Shown here: positions 16,598 to 25,535 of the stretch, one piece after another
Layout: each line of letters begins with the position of its first letter
How positions within the stretch are numbered: position 1 is the first letter of the stretch
NCBI GenBank assembly: GCA_946639185.1
Contig: CAMPBR010000003.1
Span: 1-48,303, forward strand
DNA: 48,303 bases
Source of the DNA: an uncultured Mycoplasmatota bacterium
Lineage (GTDB): Bacteria > Bacillota_I > Bacilli_A > RF39 > UBA660
Direction: 5' to 3'
Notes under the pieces: model-generated
The model's input: only the letters and a program-made list of their open reading frames with translations
Databases searched by the model: none
Told to the model about the DNA's origin: nothing
Translations under genes and position numbers: made by a program

Positions 16598-18218
16598 TTG
16601 TATATATAAGTTTAAATCTTTTATTTAATTTAATTAATTCTCCAAAATAATCTTTTCCATTACTTCTAGAAGTTATAGCATTACCATTATTACTATTACT
16701 ATAACCAACTACATAGAAACTAATACCATCAGTTGCTATATTAGTTAGATTATCATTATTAGAACCACCTAATACTTCTTTCTTTAAAATATTACCATTA
16801 ATATCATATCTAACAATTAAACCAGTCATTTCATTTTTATTATCATTAATTACTTTTAAACCAGCATCAAGACTACAAATATGACCAACTACATAAAAGT
16901 TATTTTGATATAACATAATTGAATTATATCTTTCAAAACCACTTCCACCAAAGCTCTTTTCAAAAATAATATTTCCATCTAAATCATATTTTACTAAAAC
17001 AGCATCAGTATCTGAAGTAGTTCTATCATCTTCATCAGTAGTTCCAGGAGGAAGTATCTTTTTAGATCCTACAGCGTATAAATAATTATCTAAATAAGCA
17101 ACTCCACCAAAGCCAAAACTATCAGTGTATCCATAATTTTTATGCCAAAGATATTCACCATCAGCACTAAATTTAACTAAATTAGCATAATCAGCTCCAT
17201 CTTTACCAACTGCATATATACTGTTATCACTAGTAACAACAAAATCAGTAAAATTACCAGATTTAGTACCACCATGATTATTATGCCATAACTCGTTACC
17301 TTCTTTGTCATATTTAACGATAATAGCTCCACCTGTAGTATGATTACCAAGTTCATTATTAGCATAAATACTTTGACCAACTACAATATATCCATCACTA
17401 GTTTCCTTTACTTTATTAAATGATGTATCAGTTAAGACTTGATAAAACTTTTCCCAAATTAATTCACCATCTTTATCATATTTTAAAATAAAAGCTTCTT
17501 TTCCTTCATTTTTCTTTTCTTCTTCACTAAATATACCAGTACCAACTACGATATATCCATCACCGATAGAAATAATAGAATTAAATGTAGTAGCTATACC
17601 TTTATCATAAACCTTTTCAAATACAATATCTCCATTTAGAGTATATTTAATAATTTTACCATGAGAATTATGCTTATACTTAGTTAAACTATCATTTTTA
17701 AAATCACTATTACCTACAACAACAATACTTCCATCATCACTTATTACACTAGTATAACTATCATGATGAACAGCATCTTTTAAAATTGTATGTTGGGAAA
17801 CTAGAATAATACCTTCAACTAAAATAATAAAAAAGCATATTATACTTACTAAAACTAAATATTTAATACATTTAGGAGAATTATGAAACCATTTTATTAA
17901 TTCTTTCTTTTTATTTAAAAATATCTTTTTTAAACTCTCAAATTCTTGTTTAATATTAGATTTTTCAATAACTACTTCTTTTTTAGATACTACTTCATTT
18001 TCTATTTTAGCAGTCTTATCTACCTTTTTTTTAGTAACAGTAGTATTTGTTACTTTCTTATTTATATTTTTATTAGAAGTTACTTTAACATTAGTATTCT
18101 TCTTTTTAGTATTAACAGTATTCTTCTTAGTTTTAGAATTATTATTCTTTTTAGTAACAGTAGTATTCTTTTTAGTATTCTTTTTACTTTTTGAATTAGA
18201 CTTTGTCTTCGTAGCCAT
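16593..18218 (-). CDS. Membrane-anchored protein with a Lys/Asn/Thr-rich N-terminal tail, one TM helix and about 7-8 beta-propeller-like repeats
   Basis: 541 aa. The N-terminal ~90 aa are KKNT/TVTKK low complexity, followed by the TM segment LVLVSIICFFIILVEGIILV. A recurring ~45-aa unit then follows: DG(Y/S)I(V/Y)VG ... (V/I)(V/K)YD..G...W. Confidence 0.6.
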   Translation of the reverse strand: MATKTKSNSKSKKNTKKNTTVTKKNNNSKTKKNTVNTKKKNTNVKVTSNKNINKKVTNTTVTKKKVDKTAKIENEVVSKKEVVIEKSNIKQEFESLKKIFLNKKKELIKWFHNSPKCIKYLVLVSIICFFIILVEGIILVSQHTILKDAVHHDSYTSVISDDGSIVVVGNSDFKNDSLTKYKHNSHGKIIKYTLNGDIVFEKVYDKGIATTFNSIISIGDGYIVVGTGIFSEEEKKNEGKEAFILKYDKDGELIWEKFYQVLTDTSFNKVKETSDGYIVVGQSIYANNELGNHTTGGAIIVKYDKEGNELWHNNHGGTKSGNFTDFVVTSDNSIYAVGKDGADYANLVKFSADGEYLWHKNYGYTDSFGFGGVAYLDNYLYAVGSKKILPPGTTDEDDRTTSDTDAVLVKYDLDGNIIFEKSFGGSGFERYNSIMLYQNNFYVVGHICSLDAGLKVINDNKNEMTGLIVRYDINGNILKKEVLGGSNNDNLTNIATDGISFYVVGYSNSNNGNAITSRSNGKDYFGELIKLNKRFKLIYTK

Positions 18219-18238
18219 TACTACCCCTCCAATTAATA

Positions 18239-19477
18239 CTATGAATTAAAGTTACCTAAATAATACTTTTTCTTACCACGTCTTACTACAATATATTTAC
18301 CATCAATAGCCATATCTTTAGTAATAACTTTATCCATATCTGTTATCTTATTACCATTTATAGTAATACTTCCACTTGTTAAGAATTCTCTTGCTTCACG
18401 TTTGCTAGATAGTATACCATATTTTACTAAAAAATCAAGAATATTTTCACTTTCCTCTATATTAAACCTTGGTACTCCTCTAAATACTTGCTCAATTTCC
18501 TTACCAGTTAAACTAGCTATATCTCCACTAAATAAAACTTGACTAAGTTTTTCAGCATGTAGAAATGATTCTTCACCATGTAAATCAGTAATGAATTCTT
18601 TAGCTAAAGTCTTTTGTGCAAGTCTTGCTTCAGGACATTCAACATGCTTTTTCATAATATCTTCTATTTCATCTTTAGTTAAGAAAGTAAATACTTTTAA
18701 ATATTCTTCAACCTTAGAATCATCTGAATTAATTAAGTATTGATATAACTCATAAGATGAAGTTTTTTCTTCATTTAACCATAAAGCATTTCCTTCAGAT
18801 TTACCAAACTTGTTACCATTAGCATCTAAAATTAATGGCATAGTAAATGCATAAGCAGGTTTTCCTAACATTTTATTAATCAATTCTACACCAGTAGTAA
18901 TATTACCCCATTGATCAGAACCAGCTGCTTGCATAATACAATTTTTTTCTTTATATAAATGAACAAAGTCATAACCCTGAAGTAAAGTATAAGAAAATTC
19001 AGCAAATGTAATACCTGTTTCTAATCTTCTAGAAATAATATCTTTATTAAGCATATAATTAACATTAATATATTTACCTACATCTCTTAAAAAATCAATA
19101 AAACTAAAATCTTTAATCCAATCATAGTTATTAACAACCTCTACATTATTATCAAACAACTCTAAAACTTGATTCTTTATACCTTCAATATTTTTTTCTA
19201 CTGTTTCTTTAGAAATTATATCTCTTTCAGCAGTAGGTCTAGGATCACCAATTAAACCAGTAGCTCCTCCAACTAATAAAATAGGATGATGCCCATATTT
19301 CATTAATCTTTTAGCTGTTAAAAGTGAACTATAATGACCAATATGCAATGAATCAGCTGTTGGATCAGTTCCCCAATAAAAAGTCATATTTCCACTATTT
19401 AACTTCTCAATAAAATCTTCATTATTGGTCATATCTTTAATAAGACCTCTCCATTTTAAATCTTCATAACAATTCAT
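18239..19477 (-). CDS. tyrS: Tyrosyl-tRNA synthetase
   Basis: 412 aa. HIGH motif (SLHIGHY), KMSKS motif (KFGKS), and a C-terminal S4-like domain. Preceded by a T-box leader. Confidence 0.95.
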   Translation of the reverse strand: MNCYEDLKWRGLIKDMTNNEDFIEKLNSGNMTFYWGTDPTADSLHIGHYSSLLTAKRLMKYGHHPILLVGGATGLIGDPRPTAERDIISKETVEKNIEGIKNQVLELFDNNVEVVNNYDWIKDFSFIDFLRDVGKYINVNYMLNKDIISRRLETGITFAEFSYTLLQGYDFVHLYKEKNCIMQAAGSDQWGNITTGVELINKMLGKPAYAFTMPLILDANGNKFGKSEGNALWLNEEKTSSYELYQYLINSDDSKVEEYLKVFTFLTKDEIEDIMKKHVECPEARLAQKTLAKEFITDLHGEESFLHAEKLSQVLFSGDIASLTGKEIEQVFRGVPRFNIEESENILDFLVKYGILSSKREAREFLTSGSITINGNKITDMDKVITKDMAIDGKYIVVRRGKKKYYLGNFNS

Positions 19478-19490
19478 AATACCCTCCTAC

Positions 19491-19690
19491 AAACAAAAAA
19501 GATAGTACCCCAAAGGACGAATTCTCGTGGTACCACCTTACTTTATACTCTAAAACTATAACGCGTCACCGGTTTAACTCCAAACTGTGTATTTCATTAA
19601 AATATCTTGATTTGTTTCCACCACCACAAATTCTCTTATTACCAATATTTTAACTACTAAATAGTTCTTCTTCATTAAATCTAATAAGTA
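19491..19690 (-). promoter_or_regulatory. T-box riboswitch leader, Tyr specifier
   Basis: On the minus strand the T-box sequence AAGGTGGTACCACG lies at 19539..19526, followed by a terminator helix and U-run (19495..19500). A GAAA-UAC-A specifier-loop candidate places UAC at 19591..19589. An AGAGA box lies upstream. Confidence 0.8.
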
Positions 19691-19721
19691 TGATAACACA
19701 CTTTATCTAAAAAATCCAATC

Positions 19722-19925
19722 TTATCTGTATTTTTTTAACTCAGTTTCTAAAATTTCATCAAATCCACTATTATCCTTATTCTTATTCGAATTGTTATCG
19801 TTAGTATTACTATCTAATTTAGTATTCATATTAATAATACTAACCTTTTCTACCTTAGCTTCCTTTTTTAAACATAAAGGAAAATTATAATAATCTGATA
19901 AATTATCAGGCACACGAATAATCAT
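19722..19925 (-). CDS. Small hypothetical protein (67 aa) coupled to the ytxH-like gene
   Basis: TAATG overlap with the upstream stop. Asn-rich centre. No family recognised. Confidence 0.4.
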   Translation of the reverse strand: MIIRVPDNLSDYYNFPLCLKKEAKVEKVSIINMNTKLDSNTNDNNSNKNKDNSGFDEILETELKKYR

Positions 19926-20341
19926 TATTTACTTTTTTTTTTAGGATTTTCTAATCTTTCTAAAACTTCTTTAACTACATCAATAGTTTTTAATCTTACA
20001 TCATCAGCTGCTTTTTCAAGTACTGGTGTTCCTTTTTCTTTAGCCAATGATACTAATTCATCAGCTTTTTTCTTAATATCATTACCCTTTTCTTTAGCAA
20101 TTTTAAATACTTTTTCTTTATCTAATTCACTTAATTCCTTTTTTATTTCATCAATTTTATCAGAAATATTATCTTTTACTTCATTAACATCAATCTCTTT
20201 TGTTTTATCAAGTAAATCTTTCATTTTAGTGCCTAATTCTTTTCTAGTTTCAGATCCAGCTTTTGGAGCAAATAATACTCCAAGTCCAGCACCAACTAAG
20301 GCACCAAAAATAAATTTACCCATTCCTTTTTTCTTACTCAT
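19925..20341 (-). CDS. YtxH-like general stress protein
   Basis: MSKKKGMGKFIFGALVGAGLGVLFAPKAGSETRKEL is the YtxH signature. The start is set to ATG 20341 (GAGGAGG RBS inside the upstream gene's acidic tail). Confidence 0.8.
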   Translation of the reverse strand: MSKKKGMGKFIFGALVGAGLGVLFAPKAGSETRKELGTKMKDLLDKTKEIDVNEVKDNISDKIDEIKKELSELDKEKVFKIAKEKGNDIKKKADELVSLAKEKGTPVLEKAADDVRLKTIDVVKEVLERLENPKKKSK

Positions 20342-20645
20342 CTTCTTCATCCTCCTCTTCAAATTCTTTTTCTTTAGCTTTTTTCTTTTTGTAAAAAAGC
20401 CTTCCAATAGCAGAAGTAACAGCTCCTACCATAGTATCACTAATAGATGATAATGTATCTGTAATAGAATCTATTGCATCAAAAATACCATTTAGTGACT
20501 TAGTTTTATTATATGCATCATCTAAGATTTTATTTGTTTTATCAATAGTATGAATTAATTTAATGCTTAGAATAATTAATACACATAGTAAAACTGCTCC
20601 TAATAAGTATAAAACTATTGGAAAGTATTGAAGTAAATCTTCCAT
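20334..20645 (-). CDS. DUF948 (YtxG-like) membrane protein
   Basis: 103 aa. An N-terminal TM helix is followed by a helical LDD..NKTKSL......DSITDTLSSISD region. Its position upstream of ytxH matches B. subtilis ytxG-ytxH. Confidence 0.65.
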   Translation of the reverse strand: MEDLLQYFPIVLYLLGAVLLCVLIILSIKLIHTIDKTNKILDDAYNKTKSLNGIFDAIDSITDTLSSISDTMVGAVTSAIGRLFYKKKKAKEKEFEEEDEEDE

Positions 20646-21592
20646 TAATCTTCACCACCCTCATACATAGAATCAACTAAATCAAACAAATTATCTTCTA
20701 ATTTAACACTTTCTTCATTACTATCATCATTCTTTTTATCGCAAAAATCATCTTTAGTAACATCTTCTTTATCAAATCTATTATTAAGAATTACTTCTTC
20801 TATATCATTATCATGATAAATACTACTTCTTCTACCAGTAGCATTTTCATACTTTTGATCTTTATAATCAACATTATATTCTAATCCTAAATCATTAAAG
20901 TATTCTTCAGCATCACCAACAGTTACACTTCCAACTACAGGTTTAGATTCATCTTCCATCATATCATATAAGAAAGTACTTTCTTCTCTTTCTTCACTAG
21001 CAGGTTCTTCTTCCATAAAGAATCTTGAATTTTCACCATAAGCTTTTCTTCTAACTGAATCTAAATCAGCATTTTTTCTAGAAACATAACTACTAGGTTT
21101 ATCTTTTTTATCAATTACTTCTTCTTTGCGATAATTCTTATCTAATACACCATAAATAGGAGAAATAATAGGAGTTGGTTGAAATTTATTAGCATCAGTA
21201 GCTCCATATGCTTTATGAGAAGTAGATGTATATTTATTTAAATCATCTAATTTAAGTGACTTTTGAATACTACTAGCACTTTCACCATAAATTTTCTTTT
21301 CTTCAACTGGTTTAGATACTTTAACTGGCTTTTGAACTGGTTCAAAATCATCATCATCAAAATAAGTTATTTTTGTATTTTTATTAGCTAAATCTTTTTC
21401 AAAATAACTTTCTTTCTTCTCTTCTGGCTCTTCAAGTTCTTCAGCTACTTCCAATTCTTCTTCTATCGGTTTAACTTTTTTATCTTTTTTAACTTCTACT
21501 TTTTTAGCTACTTTTTCTGGTTTTACAGGTTCTTCTACCTCAACATATTCTTCTTCAAAAAAAGTATTTTTTAATTTTTCTAATAGTCCCAT
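20645..21592 (-). CDS. Acidic low-complexity protein with a SepF-like N-terminal amphipathic helix
   Basis: 315 aa. MGLLEKLKNTFFEEEYVEVEE resembles the SepF N-terminus (..KLKNFF..E.EY). No SepF core domain is evident. Confidence 0.45.
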   Translation of the reverse strand: MGLLEKLKNTFFEEEYVEVEEPVKPEKVAKKVEVKKDKKVKPIEEELEVAEELEEPEEKKESYFEKDLANKNTKITYFDDDDFEPVQKPVKVSKPVEEKKIYGESASSIQKSLKLDDLNKYTSTSHKAYGATDANKFQPTPIISPIYGVLDKNYRKEEVIDKKDKPSSYVSRKNADLDSVRRKAYGENSRFFMEEEPASEEREESTFLYDMMEDESKPVVGSVTVGDAEEYFNDLGLEYNVDYKDQKYENATGRRSSIYHDNDIEEVILNNRFDKEDVTKDDFCDKKNDDSNEESVKLEDNLFDLVDSMYEGGED

Positions 21593-21605
21593 ATAATACC
21601 CTTTC

Positions 21606-22286
21606 CTATTCTAGATTTTCTTCTATATCTAGTACATCTTCATCTTTACCATTCATACGTCCATCATCATGTTGTTCTACTACATCTAAGAACGTACCAC
21701 CATCATTACCATTTGATTTAAATATATTAAATTTTTCTTCATCATAATTAATAGCACCCGTTCCAACTAAAGAGTCGATAACAGAATCACTATATTTAAT
21801 ACTATTTAATATATAACCCATAACAGTAAGTGTCTTATTTATATCACTTTCTTTAACATAAGCTTCAATTTTACCATAATTATACATAAATTCTATAAAA
21901 TACTGGTTTTCTAACTTAGTTATTTCTAAATAGCCTTTCTTATTATCAATATTAATTTCTCTTGAATAATAAGCATCTTCTACTTTTTGATAACTATTTT
22001 CCACTTTATTATAATAAGATACTAAATCAACATATAAATACATCTTACTATGATTATAGTATAAAACAGAATTTAAACCTCTGCTACTTTTTAAACTAAC
22101 TCCTTGAGGTAAATAATAAGAATATCCCTCCGAAGAAACAGTTTTAAGTTTACTATCACTAGACAAAGTACTATCAATAATATCATCAATACTTTGCTTA
22201 TCAATATATACAATACTACATCCACTTAAGAGTAAAATGATAAATATCATGCAGAATATGTGCTTAAAAAACTTTGGTTTCACCAT
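21606..22286 (-). CDS. Lipoprotein, function unknown
   Basis: 226 aa. Signal peptide with lipobox LLLSG-C. AGGTGAG RBS. Confidence 0.65.
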   Translation of the reverse strand: MVKPKFFKHIFCMIFIILLLSGCSIVYIDKQSIDDIIDSTLSSDSKLKTVSSEGYSYYLPQGVSLKSSRGLNSVLYYNHSKMYLYVDLVSYYNKVENSYQKVEDAYYSREINIDNKKGYLEITKLENQYFIEFMYNYGKIEAYVKESDINKTLTVMGYILNSIKYSDSVIDSLVGTGAINYDEEKFNIFKSNGNDGGTFLDVVEQHDDGRMNGKDEDVLDIEENLE

Positions 22287-22354
22287 AACTCACCTACTCT
22301 TTAATTATTATAACAAACTTTAGAAAAATGATAAAGTTTTTTATAAATTTTTAC

Positions 22355-22385
22355 ATAAAAAGAAAAAGACTATACAATATAGTCT
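22355..22385 (-). terminator. Terminator of the secreted-protein operon (locus A)
   Basis: Stem AGACTATA/TATAGTCT (22367..22374 / 22378..22385) with a U-rich tail on the minus transcript. Confidence 0.7.
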
Positions 22386-22408
22386 AATTATCAGAAAGCA
22401 AAAAAAGT

Positions 22409-23290
22409 CTAAGATAATTTATACAATGAATATTGCCATGGATTCAATTGAGAAATCGTACAACTTCTAGGAGCAAAAATAACTCCTATGACATTAAATT
22501 TCTGATAATACGTCCCATAATCAGTTTCTCCCCAATAAGTATCAGTTTCATATAGAGAAACAAAATAGGCATCATTATCCAATTTGGGATAGAAATTAGT
22601 ATATCGTACATTACTAGTACTGTCATACCATGAACGCCAAATATAAATGCCATAATCTGCGTTATAAGATTGACTCGAACCACCTTGATTATTTTTACTT
22701 GACACTAATGAAGCTGAAGTATAATTTGCTGATGTTAAACCAGAAGAAACATTTATTGCATTTGAATAATAACCAGATGGAATAGTAATTTTAGATCCAC
22801 CATCTAAAATTAAATCAGAATTATTTAAAGTAACATTTGTGCTACTGGTAGTTACTGTTGTTCCACTTGTTGCAGCGGTTCCTCCAACGCCTTTTGGATT
22901 ATAATTAATCCCTGTATTAAAACTTGAATTTGCTGTATAATAGCCACTATTTACTGGCTTTACATATAACTTATTGCTTGTATTAGCTTTAGTACAGGTT
23001 TGTGCAGTTGAAGAACTATAATCATTCATCGTACCAGTTAATAATTGACCACTTGAAAATGCAGTCTTACCAGTTAATATATCTCCAGTTATAGCATTAC
23101 CTGATGTATGTATAGAATAAAGTTCATTGATAGCAGCTTCTACTGTTGTAGTTGTACCATTAGCTTTTACATGGACAACATCACCACTAGCAAACGATAT
23201 ACCTGAAGCATATACACTTATTCCAGAAACAACTATTCCTAATATGAATGCTGCAAATACTTTTAAATTATTTTTAATAAATTTCTGCAT
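22409..23290 (-). CDS. Secreted modular protein A1: constant N-terminal 184 aa, unique Trp/Tyr-rich C-terminal module
   Basis: 293 aa. Signal peptide ...GISVYA/SG. Motifs TTTVEAAINELYS, DILTGKTAFSSGQLLTGTM and ITIPSGYYSNAINVSSG. GGAGGTGGAAGT RBS. Confidence 0.8.
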   Translation of the reverse strand: MQKFIKNNLKVFAAFILGIVVSGISVYASGISFASGDVVHVKANGTTTTVEAAINELYSIHTSGNAITGDILTGKTAFSSGQLLTGTMNDYSSSTAQTCTKANTSNKLYVKPVNSGYYTANSSFNTGINYNPKGVGGTAATSGTTVTTSSTNVTLNNSDLILDGGSKITIPSGYYSNAINVSSGLTSANYTSASLVSSKNNQGGSSQSYNADYGIYIWRSWYDSTSNVRYTNFYPKLDNDAYFVSLYETDTYWGETDYGTYYQKFNVIGVIFAPRSCTISQLNPWQYSLYKLS

Positions 23291-23338
23291 ACTTCCACCT
23301 CCTTAATATTCATATAACTCATTTAAAGCGTATTCAAC
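22739..23338 (-). repeat. Direct repeat A, copy 1 (~600 nt): 48 nt of upstream sequence plus the first 552 nt of the CDS
   Basis: Aligns to 23720..24319 at a constant offset of 981 nt. The stretch 22824..22969 reads identical to 23805..23950. There are 15 amino-acid differences in 184 residues by my count. Confidence 0.85.
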
Positions 23339-23359
23339 TATTTGAATACACTAATTCAT

Positions 23360-24271
23360 TCATTTTAAACCACATATTTTTATTGGTATAGTGTTATTAT
23401 TAAATATACCAGTCGCATTTCTTTTCGTTGCAGCCGCTATCCTTACAGTTGTATCATTTACTTTAATAATTATACGTTCATACCATGCTGATGTATCTTT
23501 AGCGGTAATCATCCATCCTACCATATTATTCGTCTCTGTCTGAAATTCATCCAAAGGAATAAGCATACTACCATCATTATCACCTGATGTACTTACACGG
23601 CTATAGACCTTTAAGTATTTATAATTGTTAATACTATCAGAAAGTGGAACATCTTGTGCTGCAAAAGTAACAGTAGGACTTGAATTTGTCCATAATACTG
23701 TTTCAGATAATGCTACATTTCCAGATGAAACATTTATTGTATCAGAATAATAACCTGCAGGAATCGTGATTTTAGTTCCAGCCTCCAAAATTAAATTAGA
23801 ATTGTTTAAAGTAACATTTGTGCTACTGGTAGTTACTGTTGTTCCACTTGTTGCAGCGGTTCCTCCAACGCCTTTTGGATTATAATTAATCCCTGTATTA
23901 AAACTTGAATTTGCTGTATAATAGCCACTATTTACTGGCTTTACATATAATTCATTACTTGTATTAGCTTTAGTACAGGTTTGTGCAATTGAAGAACTAT
24001 AATCATTCATCGTACCAGTTAATAATTGACCATTTGAAAATGCAGTCTTACCTGTTAATATATCTCCAGTTGTAGCATTACCTGATGTATGTATAGAATA
24101 AAGTTCATTGATAGCAGATTCTACTGTTGTAGTTGTACCATTAGCTTTTGTATGAGCAACATCACCACTAGCAAACGATATACCTGAAGCATATACACTT
24201 ATACCAGAAACAACTATTCCTAATATGAATGCTGCAACTACTTTTAAATTATTTTTAATAAATTTCTGCAT
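23360..24271 (-). CDS. Secreted modular protein A2: same constant N-terminal module, different C-terminal module
   Basis: 303 aa. The first 184 aa are nearly identical to A1. The C-terminal ~120 aa (VLWTNSSPTVTFAAQDVPLSDSINNYKYLKVY...) are unrelated to A1. Confidence 0.8.
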   Translation of the reverse strand: MQKFIKNNLKVVAAFILGIVVSGISVYASGISFASGDVAHTKANGTTTTVESAINELYSIHTSGNATTGDILTGKTAFSNGQLLTGTMNDYSSSIAQTCTKANTSNELYVKPVNSGYYTANSSFNTGINYNPKGVGGTAATSGTTVTTSSTNVTLNNSNLILEAGTKITIPAGYYSDTINVSSGNVALSETVLWTNSSPTVTFAAQDVPLSDSINNYKYLKVYSRVSTSGDNDGSMLIPLDEFQTETNNMVGWMITAKDTSAWYERIIIKVNDTTVRIAAATKRNATGIFNNNTIPIKICGLK

Positions 24272-24319
24272 ACTTTCACATCCTTAATATTCATATAACT
24301 CATTTAAAGCGCATTCAAC
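23720..24319 (-). repeat. Direct repeat A, copy 2
   Basis: See copy 1. It includes the last 11 codons, the stop and the RBS region of the upstream 400-aa gene (24272..24319). Confidence 0.85.
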
Positions 24320-25486
24320 AGTAGTACAGGTTGTATAATTACTATTTGAATACTCTAACATTGCAGATGTTAATCTTGACCATTTAGCATAAAATACTTT
24401 ATTACCCCTAGAACCTTTATTAATTCGTGTTACAACGCTTCCAGTAAAATCAGAAGTTGTATGCCATCCTTCAAATACATACCCCTGGTATGTTGGTTCT
24501 AATAAATCAAAACTTGGTGTTTCAACATTATAACTTGTTACTGCATCTTCTCCTAATGTTCCACCATTTAAAACATAAGTTATAGAATACTCAGTATTAT
24601 CATAATATACTATTTCTGGATTACTCCAACTTGATTTTAAATTATCACTAGTTACCGCACGATAGTAAATATAATTTTGCCCAATTCTGATTACATTATA
24701 AGAGTCCATTGTCGTACCTGTAGCTATCGTTAAATCATTCGGTATATCATCACTATCATCTGCCACATAATATTCATAAGTTACTCCTCCAATTGCAGGT
24801 GTTGTTGGTACTAAACTTATTGTCTGTAGCTCTGTTGTCCAAATCATTCCAGTTCCTCCCGTAATTACAGGAGTTGGAATAGAAGCATCTACCATGCTAT
24901 AATCACTTTTAGAATTAACATTTACTCTAAAACTACCACTTGTTCCCATATATTCATTTGTATATATATTTACATCTTCACCTATCCACATTCTAACTCT
25001 AAAATTTTTTTCATAATTTTTAGTATTTTTTATAATTCTTTCTTGATAAATAACGTAATTTTCATAATCAGTTAAATATTTAACTTTACCTAGCCCATTA
25101 AAATTACTACTAATTTCTCTTTCTCCGCCATCAACTAATTCCGTAATATATATCTTTAATCCACTTAAATTAATAGTAGTATTAATTAATGGTTCTATGC
25201 TTACTTCATAAACCATGTCACTACCAATTAAATTAGATTCTATTTTAAAATCAAAATAATTATCTAATACTTTTCCTTCACTATCCGAAATAACATCACT
25301 GATATCTAGATTAATACCATTACCAATACCTGATACTTCCGTATATTTGAAATTTATATCACCACTTCTAATGCTAACAAGACCACTACCATTTTTTATA
25401 GCACTAAAAATCGCAACACTAACTCCAAGTGTTGCTAACAACAAAAAAGATATAATTGTAAGTAAAACTAAAGTTTTTCTTTTCAT
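24284..25486 (-). CDS. Secreted protein with a TasA/SipW-like signal region and a Listeria-Bacteroides repeat (Flg_new) domain
   Basis: The start is ATG 25486 (GGAG RBS). MKRKTLVLLTIISFLLLATLGVSVAIFSAIKNGSG resembles SipW-dependent signals (GGTFAFFSD). YSITYVLNGGTL...PTYQGYVFEGWHT...VFYAKW is a clear Flg_new repeat. The C-terminus is TTVECALNELYEY. Confidence 0.75.
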   Translation of the reverse strand: MKRKTLVLLTIISFLLLATLGVSVAIFSAIKNGSGLVSIRSGDINFKYTEVSGIGNGINLDISDVISDSEGKVLDNYFDFKIESNLIGSDMVYEVSIEPLINTTINLSGLKIYITELVDGGEREISSNFNGLGKVKYLTDYENYVIYQERIIKNTKNYEKNFRVRMWIGEDVNIYTNEYMGTSGSFRVNVNSKSDYSMVDASIPTPVITGGTGMIWTTELQTISLVPTTPAIGGVTYEYYVADDSDDIPNDLTIATGTTMDSYNVIRIGQNYIYYRAVTSDNLKSSWSNPEIVYYDNTEYSITYVLNGGTLGEDAVTSYNVETPSFDLLEPTYQGYVFEGWHTTSDFTGSVVTRINKGSRGNKVFYAKWSRLTSAMLEYSNSNYTTCTTVECALNELYEY

Positions 25487-25535
25487 ATATATCTCCATTT
25501 AAATCATCAAATTGTTATCGTCTATTGTTAATATA

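Noticed and set aside
17177-18194. Two short ORFs (17177..17380 minus strand, 17946..18194 plus strand) within the 541-aa repeat-protein gene
   Set aside because: Both are alternative-frame or antisense readings of the long ORF. Neither has independent support.
20229-20450. 73-aa plus-strand ORF across the ytxH/DUF948 junction
   Set aside because: It is antisense to two translationally coupled genes and has no RBS.
20645-21592. Annotating the acidic 315-aa protein as SepF
   Set aside because: Only the first ~20 residues resemble SepF. The protein is twice the normal length, and I could not recognise the conserved C-terminal FtsZ-binding domain.
22486-22683. 65-aa same-strand, out-of-frame ORF inside gene A1
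   Set aside because: It is nested in a different frame of the supported CDS. No start signals are present.
22409-24319. Diversity-generating retroelement, or a shufflon/invertible phase-variation switch, as the explanation for the constant/variable gene pairs at 22409..24319 and 37600..39136
   Set aside because: All repeats are direct, not inverted. No reverse transcriptase, invertase or integrase ORF is present anywhere in the window. The variable parts are entirely unrelated rather than differing at adenine-templated positions.
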